In this document: in pieces, positions 1 to 12,634 of the stretch
Position numbering within the stretch: position 1 is the stretch's first letter
Layout: every line of letters begins with the position of its first letter
Assembly (NCBI GenBank): GCA_951406725.2
Contig: OX597825.1
Span: 13,020,001-13,084,000, forward strand
Source: Octopus vulgaris
Taxonomy: Eukaryota
Direction: 5' to 3'
DNA: 64,000 nt
Notes under the pieces: generated by a model
What the model was told of the DNA's origin: nothing
The model's database searches: none
What the model saw: only the letters and a program-made list of their open reading frames with translations
Program-made: the position numbers and the translations under genes

Positions 1-79
<79 letters not shown>

Positions 80-274
80 AGATACATACACATGTGTTCG
101 CTAGCGGAAATACTTATCTCCTATATTACAAAATAGAACTTAGTTCACTCAAATATATCTATCAAAACAATTAGCGTATTTTCATGCTTTTCTTCTTATA
201 TATACCTACATATATATACACGTGTGTATGTGTGTGTATGTATAGTATGATATTATATAATATTATATGATATA

Positions 275-482
275 TGGGTTTCAAATTTCGACACAAGGCC
301 AGCAATTTGGAGGAAAGCGTGTAGGCAATGACATCAACTCTGTACTTAACCAGTACTGTTATCGACCCCGAAGGGATGAAACGTAAAGTCAACTTCGGGG
401 GAATTTGAACTCAGAATATAAAGACAGACGAATTGCTGCTAAGCATTTTACCCGTCGTACTAACGTTTCTGCCAGCCAGCTC
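275..482 (-). mobile_element. tRNA-derived SINE family A (degenerate copy)
   Basis: Minus strand reads GCTGGCAGAAACGTTAG...TTCTGAGTTCAAATTCC...GACTTTACGTTTCATCCCTTCGGGGTCGATAA, matching the better copies at 19577, 21430, 34853 and 53472. Confidence 0.75.
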
Positions 483-589
483 CCTTAGCTAGATTAACTA
501 AAGATTATACATACATTGATGCAAACCGACACGAATGGGATTCCTGTAGATCCGTTTGACGCTAAAATTGATGTTTAAGCGACTGGGCA

Positions 590-792
590 CTCTTGTGGCA
601 CACATACAAAGTGATTATGCATGACTCAGCATGTGGCAAGGCCGACCCTTTCAAATACAGATACTACTCATTTTTGCCAGCTGAGTGGACTGGTGCAACG
701 GGAAATGAAGTGTCTTGCTCAGGGACACAACGCGTCGCCAGACGTCGAACCCACGATCGTCAGCCAAGTACCCTAAGCACTTAGCCACTCTC
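590..792 (-). mobile_element. tRNA-derived SINE with CORE-like central domain
   Basis: Minus strand: GAGTGGCTAAGTG (A-box-like), GGTTCGACG (B-box-like), then GTGTCCCTGAGCAAGACACTT...CCAGTCCACTCAGCTG...AAATGAGT, which is shared with 60770-61101. Confidence 0.65.
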
Positions 793-955
793 CTTCACAC
801 GCACACAAAGACACACACACACACGTGCATGTGCATACATATATAAATATATATATACTTACATGCATATATATATATACATACATATATATATATATAT
901 ATATAGAAATATACATATATATACATATATATATATACATATATATATATATAAA

Positions 956-1038
<83 letters not shown>

Positions 1039-1249
1039 CTGTGTATGTAGGTGTTTTTCGCATTCATATATTAACAGTTTAGATTTTAAATATAAAAATA
1101 TGAAACCATTATTTTATGCTAATTTAGTTAATTGTAAGATAGAAATTTAAATGAAGTAAAATGCTTTAAAATAAATTTTAAGTGCATACGTGACAACTGT
1201 AATCCTACTTTAGGGCCACCCTCTCTCTCTCTCTTTCCCTCTCTCTCTG

Positions 1250-1280
<31 letters not shown>

Positions 1281-1440
1281 ATTAGGGCTTAGTAGAATAA
1301 ATCAATTTGCCACATACTGAACTTTCTAGAAATAGCAGCCAAAACGTTTTTTAGCTATTTCCACTACTTTAAGAAAAATTCTCCCAGATAGAGTTTACTC
1401 AAAAATTGATTAATAACTAATTAATTTTAGCCTCAATTAT

Positions 1441-1471
<31 letters not shown>

Positions 1472-1476
<5 letters not shown>

Positions 1477-1819
1477 CCTTAAATCCTTAAAAATGTTTTA
1501 GCCCGAAGGCCGCGGCCATGCTGGGGCACCACCGTTGAATGAGCTACACTAATTTGTGAATCCACCTCTGATACGTGGCACTTGATCAACAAGGGAGTTC
1601 GATGCTGCTGCCCGCATCCGCGTCTCCTGTCGTGAGGTAGGCTCATCTGGGACTCCCAACAAGAAGAGATCCAGTTTAGTTTTAAAGAAACCCACATCCA
1701 CACCATGTAAGTCTCTCAGGCATTTAGGGAGGATGTTAAAGAGCTGTGGTCCTCTGAAACCCAAGCTGTTGCAGTATCTGGACCTGTATTTTGATGGTGA
1801 TGTTGGAATCCTTGGCACC

Positions 1820-1821
<2 letters not shown>
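1472..1821 (-). mobile_element. CR1/L2-like LINE 3' end (RT C-terminus, 3' UTR and tail) inserted in (TA)n
   Basis: Minus frame ...RGPQLFNILPKCLRDLHGVDVGFFKTKLDLFLLGVPDEP... is the typical LINE ORF2 terminus (GP.LFN.LP...FK..LD.FL); followed by a 3' UTR and (AAGGATTT)2 tail. Confidence 0.85.
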
Positions 1822-1868
<47 letters not shown>

Positions 1869-1921
1869 CACACAAACACAGAAAGGGGGAGAGAAAGAAA
1901 ACGTGGGAGAGAGAGAGAGAG

Positions 1922-2370
1922 AGATCGGAACAGGTGGACACGCGCGCAGTTAGAAGTGGTCGCAATGCCTGGTGGGAAAGATGATACAGCACTCTGAGCT
2001 TAAAAGGAGCTGTCGCAAAGGAACAATTGGAAATGAAATTGACAGTGAACATTAGATATGTATTGTGTGATCGTGTTCTGCTCTCAAAAGCAGGATACAC
2101 GACTCGTATGAAGTCACATCAAAATCGAAACGCTCAGGTAGGTAATAATATTGAACATCAACCGCCTTTTATCACTTCAGTCATATGTCACAAAACTTTG
2201 TGTGATAATATCTGGACTTAAAAGAGATATGCTTGTTCACAAAAACGTTCCTTGAGAATCAGATTCCAAAAGGCAGAGATACAGAAGGAACTTGAATAAT
2301 ATCTGTTACTTGTCAGTCAGCACCTGGCCTTAAATGTCATCTGGGTGCTCATCAGCGGAGTGATTGTGCT
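1922..2370 (+). mobile_element. Decayed RTE-like LINE C-terminus with C2H2-like tail
   Basis: Frameshifted DRNRW...ELKRSCRKG...VLCDRVLLSKAGY..RMKSH...ICHK...SGLKR.M.VH...GLKCHLGAH; DR..W followed by Zn-finger-like repeats is typical of RTE ORF ends. Confidence 0.5.
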
Positions 2371-2450
2371 GTGTGATGGGGTGTGTTGTGTGATGGGGTG
2401 TGTTGTGTGTGAATGGGACGGGTGTCGTATATCAAGATGAAGCAATCAGC

Positions 2451-2482
<32 letters not shown>

Positions 2483-2519
2483 ATGTGTGTTTGTGTGTGT
2501 GTATCTATCTATCTATCTA

Positions 2520-2566
<47 letters not shown>

Positions 2567-2779
2567 ATATATGTGTATGTATATGTATATACGAAGGTGG
2601 ACAGGAGAAACAACAATTAGGACAGGCAAAAAGAGACGTGTCATTCGTGGCCTTTTCTCATTTCATTCCTTTCCTGTTATTTCATTTATCCCCCATTTCC
2701 CGCTCTGTTGCGCTTTTATCTCCTATTCAGCAGAAGATGTGGGTCCATGTTCATCACATGCGTAGGACCACCGGGTCTG

Positions 2780-3295
2780 GTATGACTAACTGGTACTTAT
2801 TTAATCGACCCCCCGAAAGAATGAAAGGCAAAGTCGACCTCGGCTGAATTTGAACTCAGAACGTAGCGGCAGACGAAATACCTATTTCTTTATTACCCAC
2901 AAGGGGCTAAACACAGAGAGGACAAACATTGACAGACAAACGTATTAAGTCGATTACATCGACCCCAGTGCGTAACTGGTACTTATTTAATCGACCCCGT
3001 AAGGATGAAAGGCAAAGTCGACCTCGGCGGAATTTGAACTCAGAACGTAGCAGCAGACAAAATACCTATTTCTTTATTACCCACAAGGGTCTAAACACAG
3101 AGAGGACAAACAATGACAGACAAACGGATTAAGTCGATTATATCGACCTCAGTGCGTAACTGGTACTTATTTAATCGACCCCCGAAAGAATGAAAGGCAA
3201 AGTCGACCTCGGTGGAATGTGAACTCAGAACGTAGCGGCAGACGAAATACTGGTAAGCATTTCGCCCGGCGTGCTAACGTTTCTGCCAGCTTGTT
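2780..3295 (-). mobile_element. SINE family A concatemer (head plus about 2.5 units of ~183 bp)
   Basis: Unit GAAAGGCAAAGTCGACCTCGG.GAATTTGAACTCAGAACGTAGC recurs at about 2823, 3007 and 3192; head CTGGCAGAAACGTTAGCACGCCGGGCGAAATGCTTA on minus strand at about 3255-3290. Confidence 0.9.
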
Positions 3296-3388
3296 GACTT
3301 CAGTTATCTCCTGTATTACAAAACATACTTGTTTTACTCAAATAGATCTATCGAAATAATTAAGATATTTTTTATGTTTTTCTTCTTA

Positions 3389-3888
3389 CAGTGATCCCTC
3401 GTTTATCGCGATAGATTGGTTCCGAAACCGGTCGCGATAACTGAATTTCCGCGAAGTAGGGACACCATATTTACAGTATTTATTTAATGTGTATTTGGAC
3501 TTTTAAAACTCCGTGTACTGTTAACAACCCACCCATTACAGTAGTCTATTAATAACAAGGACAACAGTTAAGCAATAACACTTTAGATTTTTAAAAAATA
3601 ACGATTGTTACTGTTACACAGGACAGATTACAAAATAGAAAGCTGTGATTCGTCGTCTCTCTCCATTGCACCAATCACAGCCCATTTTAAGTCCAAATAC
3701 CCCTGTATATGCTTTTTTGCTATCTTACGCTTGTTTTGTTGTTCCTAGACTAGGAAATAATATTTATTATTAATATTTTAATGGATTTAATGAAACATTT
3801 TAGGCGCTCATATATATATATATATTTTGAAAATCTGCGAAGTCGTGAAACCGCGATAGTTGAACGGTGAAGTAGCGAGGGATCACTG
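3389..3888. mobile_element. pogo/Tigger-type MITE
   Basis: TIRs CAGTGATCCCTCG...CGAGGGATCACTG flanked by TA on both sides; subterminal CGCGAT/CGCGAA repeats; no ORF. Confidence 0.85.
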
Positions 3889-4134
3889 TATTTTGTTGTT
3901 GTAGATCGAATATTTTAACCACAAAACCATGTCTTTGCGCCACTAGATTTCCTTATATATTCACTATATTTACACGAGTGAGGAATTTGTGAATTCCGTA
4001 CAAGCATTTCTTGTTAGTATAACTGCACCGTGTTATTGGAAAATAACCGATGAGCGAAAAACACAATTTAACTATAATTTTTCTTAGCTACAACATACTG
4101 TAGTATTCACTTAAATCTTCAATAAATACGGTGT

Positions 4135-4415
4135 GTATATTGTGATCACGCGATCGACCAACCTATCGGATATTATACATCGCTGGCCACATTGTGCTTT
4201 GCATCGTTTAAGGCTTCGAATGAGGCCAGCCTGCTGGCTAGGAGACCAGACCAACTTCTCCCACCCCATCCAATCGGAAATTAGTCCGTTACGGTGTTAC
4301 CCTTTTACCGCAACGTGAATTGAAGTGTTTTGCTCAAGAACACAAGCCGCGGCTCAATCCGGGAATCGAACCGCGACCGCTAAATAATGAGCGCAACACA
4401 CTAGCCACTAGGACA
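4135..4415 (-). mobile_element. tRNA-derived SINE family C (diverged)
   Basis: Shares GTGATCAC..GACC..CTATC.GAT...TACACATC.CTGG.CACA.TG.GCTT.GCAT with 38478-38780; minus-strand head TAGTGGCTAG...GGTTCGATTCC. Confidence 0.7.
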
Positions 4416-5201
4416 AGTACAAGTACCTTTACCGTGCACATCGTAATCGTCAGTAAATTACTTCTTGTATTGTTCTAGTTCCATTCTATTATTCGGATTA
4501 TGGTGTTCGTTCGAAACATCGAAATATATCTTCAGATATTAAAAGCGGAGTAACGAAGTAGAGCAACGGTGGTGGTGGTTGTGGCGGTGGTGGTGGTGGT
4601 AGAGGTGGAGAAGGAGGGGGGAATGGTGTGTGAGAGTGAAACACTATTTATTGAGACCAGATTAAGGAATTGTCTATTAAAACTTGAAATGACTTCACAC
4701 AAACTCAAATATTAAATTCAGCAGATGTAAACCGTCATAAACAATTATATGGTAATATCCCCGGAGGGAAGGAAGTGTGTGGGTGTATTGCATACACACA
4801 TACATACAATAAATAAATATATATATATACACACAGAGAGACACACACATAAATTATATATACAATATACTCACACTTGCACACACACATACAGACATAT
4901 ATATATTTATATATTCATAATTAAACATATATGTGTACATATATGTATACATATGTGTATGCATATATGCATATATGTATATATATACGCATATATGCAA
5001 GTATATATATGCATACATATATGTGTATAATATATACAATATACACACACTTGCACACACACACATACATCCATATATATATTTATATATATATAATTAA
5101 ACATATATGTATACATATGTGTATACATATATGTATATATATGCACACATATATATGCAAGTATATATATATGTATACATATATGTGTATGCATATATAT
5201 A

Positions 5202-5261
<60 letters not shown>

Positions 5262-5711
5262 TACATATACATATATGTGTGTGTATCCGTCGTTGTAAGT
5301 AGGTTTGTACGAACGTTTGCAAGTATGTGAGGGGGAGAGGGGGAGAAAGAGGAGGAGGAGAGAGTGGTAATTAGTCGAGAGAAGAGATGTACATCATATA
5401 TGAAGGTCAAACCACAACAGTCAGTCATTATTAGATGAAATGAACTTCATGTCAAAATCGAAGTATGCTAGATTTCTGACCTACAAAGGTGTGCAATTTC
5501 AACCGACAAACTAATTAGACATTATGGGAGAAAAGGTTTGGATTGTTCACTGTGTTGATTGCATATTCATGTTATAGAAATGTAGTGTCATTTAACCATA
5601 GAATTCACATTCAATCATGGTTTTCCTTTTATTTTCGCCATAAATATGACGGGGGATCATTCGATTCGTCTGTCGATAAAACCCTCTGCCATCCGCATCA
5701 ACTGATGCTAA

Positions 5712-5900
5712 TTGCAGAATTTGGTGAATAATGACTCCCCGAACTCACATTGCGGCTCTGAGATCCCATCGTTCGTACAGGCACGGATACAGCTGTGTGG
5801 TAAACAGCTGTCTAATGACTTGAAGCTAGCAAAAGCTCTGGAAACCATCCGCGTGAATTCAAATTTAGAGCGGTTTTATATTAAGTACCACTTGATTTGC
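5712..5900 (+). pseudogene. Possible Gypsy-like gag N-terminal remnant
   Basis: TTTGGTGA (PBS-like) followed by frameshifted IAALR/IPSFVQARIQL; weak by-eye similarity only. Confidence 0.25.
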
Positions 5901-6399
5901 CGTACTCCGGTGAGAAAGCACCGCGTGAATTAATCGGAAATCCAGACTGATTACATCCACACTGAACACAATTAAAATGAAGACTTTAATTTGTAATTCT
6001 TTTAGTTTAACACATAAAGCTCGACGGGCCACGATCATAGCCCATATAGATATATTTAATTTATGGCATCTGTTGGGGTCTACTGTCACTCAAACGCTCC
6101 GATGCCCCCCAGAATGCGAGAGGACTAATGGTTCAACTAATGACTTTTCAAATGACGTAAAACTTGCCACCATTATATACTGAGAAGATATTTTAACTGT
6201 TTTTTTTTGTTTTTTTTTATGTGTGTATGGTAGTCTCATTTTCATAAAATGTCCCCAGCATGCAAATCCCAGCCCTTTATGTGTTAAAGAGGTTGTTGAG
6301 AAATCTCAACGACATTGAATTATATTTCTGGCCAACTTAATTGCTCATAATCTCAATTATTTTGCTATAACTAATACGCAGTCATTATTAAATATATTT

Positions 6400-7135
6400 C
6401 AGCGATAGAGAGAAGTGTATTTTGCACCAAAATCGAATATGGGAGTTTCTCTCGTGGTATCTATCACAGTATAGTTTGTTCTAACAGAACAACCACGTTT
6501 AAGTGGGATAAATAATACCTTTCGTTATTAATACTGCCTCTGTCGCTTTTATATATACTTTAACAAACTCACACAGCTAATCATGACATTAGCTTCTGTT
6601 CTGACACTGTTTCTTAAAATATGGTTGGCGAGGAGACGAGTTGCTGCTATCTCTAGCGATCGAACGTCCACCATTGATAAGACCAAAGAAGGACGAAATC
6701 AAGTGATCTGGTGACCTCAGTACTGAAGATGCCGTGGATTTCTCTCCCCACCAGCGATATAAGCAAGAGCGAATTTTACACCAAGGGCCAAATTGAGAGT
6801 TTCTCTCAAGGTATTTCACGCAGTATAGTTTGTCCTAACAGAAAATAACCGTTTAAGTGGGGGATAAATAATAGTACCTATTTTTTAATATATAGTTGGC
6901 GAAGAGACGAGTCGCTGCTATCTCTAGCGATCAAACGTCCACCATTGATAAAACCAAGGAAGGCCGAAATCAAGTGAACTGGTGATCTCAGTACTGGAGA
7001 TATAAGCAAGAGTGAATTTTGCACCAAAAGCCAAATTGAGAGTTTCCCTCGAGGTATTTAACGCAGTATAGTTTGTCCTAACAGAACATAACCGTTTAAG
7101 TGGAGGATAAATAATAGTACCTATTAGCTTAATAT
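6400..7135 (+). repeat. Tandem repeat (~240-350-bp spacing, about 2.5 copies) with hammerhead-like motif
   Basis: CAGTATAGTTTGT.CTAACAGAA...GTTTAAGTGG recurs at about 6467, 6821 and 7064; hammerhead-like segments at 6669 and 6940 are 271 bp apart. Confidence 0.85.
6669..6713 (+). ncRNA. Type I hammerhead-like ribozyme with variant core UUGAUAA
   Basis: CACCA-TTGATAA-GACC aaagaa GGAC-GAAA-TCA ag TGA-TC-TGGTG; stem I 5 bp, stem III 3 bp plus A-U, AUC site; one mismatch in stem II. Confidence 0.6.
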
Positions 7136-7439
7136 ATGAACCATATACATTCTTTACACTCGTATTTGCCTTATTCTACATTATTTAATGTGAAATAGTG
7201 TTTTCCCCACATCGCATCAATAGTCAGTCTGGTCCTCTGGAATTCCTCGTCTTCCATTTTCTTCGTCATCGGCTGTTGAATTACAGCTGTTCAGCTTTCG
7301 ATGTTTAATGTCAGCTGTTTCAAATGGCCTGTGAATACTAATGGCTAATTCTCTGGGCTCTTTGCTTTCCAATCCAACCCTTTGATTAAAGAAAGGGAAC
7401 AACCCTATACCGGGAAAAAATGAACCTAATATCGGTTCT

Positions 7440-7512
7440 ATTATTATCATTATTATTATTATCATTATTATCATTATTATTATTATTATTATTATCATTA
7501 TTATCATTATTA

Positions 7513-7549
<37 letters not shown>

Positions 7550-7656
7550 GATTATTATTATTATTATTGTTGTTGTTGTTATTATTATTATTATCATTAT
7601 TATCATCATTATTATTATTATTATTATTATTATAATTATTATCATCATCATCATCA

Positions 7657-7703
<47 letters not shown>

Positions 7704-7724
7704 TGTAGTAGTAGTAGTAGTAGC

Positions 7725-7782
<58 letters not shown>

Positions 7783-8093
7783 TTGTTGTTGTTGTTAGTA
7801 TTATTATATTTGAGATAATAATATTTTTACTACTAATAAGCCACAAGATGCAAAATATCATTCTTCTCAATAACATTAAAAATAAGGCTCAGCTATTGAA
7901 ACAATGATGAAAGATAAATGATGAGGATGGTGTGGTTTGTAGCCTTGGTTAATGACGATTACGACGACGACGACGACGACGACAATGTTGATAACGATGA
8001 TGATGACGACCACAATGATGTGATTATAATGATGATGATGATGATGACGATGATGATGCTAATGTTTATGAAGACGGTGACGATGATGATGAT

Positions 8094-8150
<57 letters not shown>

Positions 8151-8436
8151 GCAATGTTTATGAAGATTGTGATGACAACGATAATGATGATGATATTGAT
8201 GATGATGGTAATGTTTATGAAGACGGTGATGATGATGATGATGATTATAATGATATCGATCATGATGATGATGATTATGATGATAACGACGATGATAATA
8301 TGATGATGATGATGGCAATGTTTATGAAGATAGTGATGATGATGATGATGATGAAGGTAATGATGATGATAATGTTTATGAAGATGGTGATGACGATGTT
8401 AATGATGATAATGATGACGATGATGAAGAAGAAACT
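7440..8436. repeat. Compound (TTA)/(TAG)/(GAT) microsatellite tracts with a higher-order unit
   Basis: Directly visible; AATGTTTATGAAGA recurs 5 times in the GAT tract. Confidence 0.95.
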
Positions 8437-9674
8437 TAGATGATATTCGCGCGAGTCGACTGGCTGCAAATATTCTGATAAAGCTCCCTCGAAGCTGCAC
8501 CTATTAACTTCGTTGATTGCGATGCTAATTGGGTATTTGAAGCTGAGACAAAAATATAACCAGAAACACACCCATACACACACAAACACACACACACACA
8601 CACACACACGCACGTGCACGTGTGCACACATGCATGAACACGCAAATATGCCCTTAAACAATAGAAACCCACAACAACAAGAAGAACAACAACAGCAAGA
8701 ACAAACAGCAGCTTCCACACAATAGCCACACCGCGGTTTACATCAAACGGACGCTTTAATTTATTTTCCCCTTTTATTTTTAATTCCATTTATAAAGAAT
8801 TCGAACAAAACAAAAGACAAGACACCAGAGACAATATGGCAGATGTTTTAGACTAAAATAAAGGCATTTATTCCTTGCCCCTATTAATTTTGTTGTTGCT
8901 GTTGTTGTTGTTTATTAAATATTGTTGTTATTTATCTGGTTGTGTCCAGTTAGCAACTTATCCCATCTTATTTCGTTCAACCATATCAGCTCCGGGGGAT
9001 TCGTTTAATCTTCTCTCCTTCATATACTCCACCATAGAGCACAGCATAAGCACCCAACAGTTTTCTTAATGTTTTTTTTTGCCGTTTGTTTTTAGTTTTG
9101 TTGTTTCTTTTTTGGCATTGTTTGTCACACCGACTATCAATTAAGAGGAAATATTTGGCATATAATATCGGTGATAAGGCGGAATATATATTAATGATGA
9201 TGGCGACCAGGACGACAGCGCTGACGATGATGATGATGATGAGGATGATGACGATGATGAGGAGGAGAAGGAGGAGGAGAACGACGACGACAACGATAGT
9301 GATGGTGGTGGTGGTGGTGGTGATAGCGATGATGACAACTGCGATGATGATAGTTTTGAAGATGATGAAAATAATGATGACAATGAGGGGGAGGAGGAGG
9401 ACGACCATGACGACGTCGATAGGGATGATGGTGGTAGTGATAGCGATGGTGATGTTGGCGATGACGACAACAGCGATGACGATGATGATGATGATGATAA
9501 CGATGATGATGAGGAGGTGGAGGAGGACCACGGCGACAACGACGATAGTGATGGTGGTGGTATGGTGGTGATAGCGATAGTGATGTTGACGATGATGACA
9601 TCGGGGAATTTCGATGTCAACATTCGTTTAAGAGAATATTATAACCTTGTTAGAATTCATATATATATATATAC

Positions 9675-9758
<84 letters not shown>

Positions 9759-10003
9759 GAAATATGTTACGAAAAGAAAATATAAAATACACGTGGAAAT
9801 GTAAGGGTAAAATATGAAAAATCAACGAAAATGCATATTGCAAATAGAAAAAGGCTATTTATGACAGACAGGTAACGACAAATATATACATTTAGATTGA
9901 CTGAGGTAGTAATACGAGTCATAAAAGTCATTATTATGAGATGATAATAAGATGATTATAAAGTAAGAGAACAAAACGAACCAATGGTTTACGCGAAGGC
10001 TAT

Positions 10004-10627
10004 ATAAACTTAGATAAACTTAGATATGTTTCGACCAATGATTGGTCCAGGCCATGTCTAACTTAAAAGCACCACCTGATAGGATTATTTGAATCCTGTT
10101 TAAGTCAAGTTTTGTTTATGGTCCATTCAAGTAGTGAGTTTTTGTTGGGTGAGTTGTATCCAATTATGGGTGGCTTATCTGGTATTCCTTGAAGGAATCT
10201 ATCCAGACTCCGTTTAAAGTTGATGGGATCCTGTTCCTCTTTGATCACTTTCGGGACAATGATAAATAGGGCAGGGCCTGTTGAGGAAAAGAAATTATGT
10301 TGTAGTGTACATGTATGCTGTGATCTTGAATTGGGCAGGGGACGTATGGCCCGTGGTCCCAGTCTTGGATGAACCTTGAAGTTAATGTTCAGGTCGTTTG
10401 GGCAAAGTTGGCGGTATATTCTCCACATCGAACAAATGATGTACTGCTCACGGCGACGCTGAAGAGAGTAGAGTTTCAAAGCTTTAAGGCGATCCCAATA
10501 ATCGAGAGCAGCCATGCCTTCAGTTAGTTTAGTGAGTGCTCTCTGGGGTGATTCAATCCTCGAGATGTTTTGTCTTGTATGGAGAGACCACAGTGGGCAG
10601 CAGTATTCGAGGTGTGGCGGCAGCAGT
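10004..10627 (-). mobile_element. CR1/L2-like LINE 3' end (RT C-terminus)
   Basis: ORF 10105-10635: PHLEYCCPLWS...IESPQRALTK...LDYWDRLKALKLYSLQRRRE...FKRSLDRFLQGIPDKP; 3' UTR ends in (ATCTAAGTTT)2. Confidence 0.92.
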
Positions 10628-11662
10628 TTATTCATTTATTTATATATATATATATATATGTAGAGAGAGAGAGAGAGAAAGAGGGAGAGAGATGTCTCTG
10701 TATGTATATTTGTACATATATATGTATGTGTGTATGTATGTATGTATCTCTCTCTTTCTCTCTCTGTATATATATATATATATATATACACACACATATA
10801 TAGTTAATTAGTTAATTTATGATTTTGTTATTATCTACAACAGAACTAAGAAATCTGTTTCATATATTCTTTAATTTCTACTCCCATTGCCATTTAGTTG
10901 TTGTGTTATAACTCCATGATTTCACCCCGTGTACTTACTTATAAGATCCAATAGAAATTGAACCACCCAGGAAAAATAGCAATTCCATCTGTTGCATTTT
11001 ATTGGCAAATTTTATTTTTTGAGGGAAACACATGCGTTGATCTAATGAAATTTTCAGCTTTCTATGGCTTTCTTTTTCAAATCCGTTCTTGGGAATAGCT
11101 TCTTCTTTCACATTTATTTTCATTTATATAATAAACCTTATTCAGCGTTTTACACGTTTATTTTATGAGTCACTGGGATGCGTCCATGCAGGAGCGATGT
11201 ATTTTTAAAACCTTTTTTTGCTATTAAGCTTTCTGGTTCGGACTTAGTTTAGCGTGTATGAGGCACGCTATGGCTTTTCTTTAATTCATTCGGGGTTTTT
11301 TTACCCTTCATTTCTTCAATTTTTTTGTTTTGTTTATCGTTTTACTTTTCTGATGGTGCTTTTATATTTTTACGTGGGGTGTTGGGGGTTGTTATTAAAG
11401 CAATACAAAAGTAAGCAGAAACCTCGACTGTGAAGTAATTAGCTCTAGCATTACACTTTGCATGATATTCGTAAACCTTATCGTGTGTGCTATCGATTCC
11501 TCCTCTGTATCTTCCTTATTCAAACATTGTATATATACATATATATACATATATATACATATATATATATATATATACATATAGAGAGAGAGATACATGT
11601 ATATATACATATATTTATATATATATATATATATTTATATATATAATTGTTTATACATATAC

Positions 11663-11693
<31 letters not shown>

Positions 11694-11796
11694 TTTATAA
11701 TACGTATATGTATGTATGAATATATTTATAATTGCATGCTTATCCTGGTGTGTGTGTATATATATATGCTTAATCACGAATATATTTGCATATATG

Positions 11797-11830
<34 letters not shown>

Positions 11831-11895
11831 TATATATATATATATGTGTGTGTGTGTGTATGTATATATGCACTCATACAAATATATATGTATAT

Positions 11896-12002
<107 letters not shown>

Positions 12003-12003
12003 T

Positions 12004-12054
<51 letters not shown>

Positions 12055-12444
12055 ATATATACACATATATATACACATATACACATGCATAGATATATAT
12101 GCATATGTGTATACGTGGTGCCGCATGCAATTCTGTTGCTGTTGTCATTGCGGTTCTTAGGGTTGTTGTTGTTTTTTTCTACAATGATATCAAAACCTGA
12201 TTTATAGCAAGGTGGGGACGTGGGGGCTGGGAGCGGAATGCGGTGAAGTTCAGCCTTGTTCATGTCATGAATAACATAACACGCAACCGGAGAATCTAAA
12301 TCGAATCCCAAACTCAGACTAGCAAGAATTTATTAACACACAAATACGATACAGGCTAATTTGGATACATGCTAATTAGGATAGTCTTACTTCTCGCTGT
12401 TTCTGCTCCCGCCGCTACCCTGCAGTTGTTTTTTCATGACATTC

Positions 12445-12602
12445 ATGATGATGATGATGATGATGATGATGATGGTGCTGGTGGTGGTGCTAGTGGTGGT
12501 AGACGTGGTGGTAGTGGCCGTGTTGTTGTCGATGGTAGCGACGATGCCGATGATGATGATGATGGTGGTGAAGGTGATGGTGATAATGATAATGTTGACG
12601 AA

Positions 12603-12634
<32 letters not shown>

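Noticed and set aside
2780-3295. Regularly spaced repeats resembling a CRISPR array (also 6400-7135 and 34853-35650)
   Set aside because: The intervening sequences are themselves repeated, units are 180-350 bp, there are no cas genes, and the context is eukaryotic
7217-7440. Non-repetitive C-terminal part of the 219-aa minus ORF as a host exon
   Set aside because: No recognisable domain or convincing splice context; the upstream frame is a microsatellite
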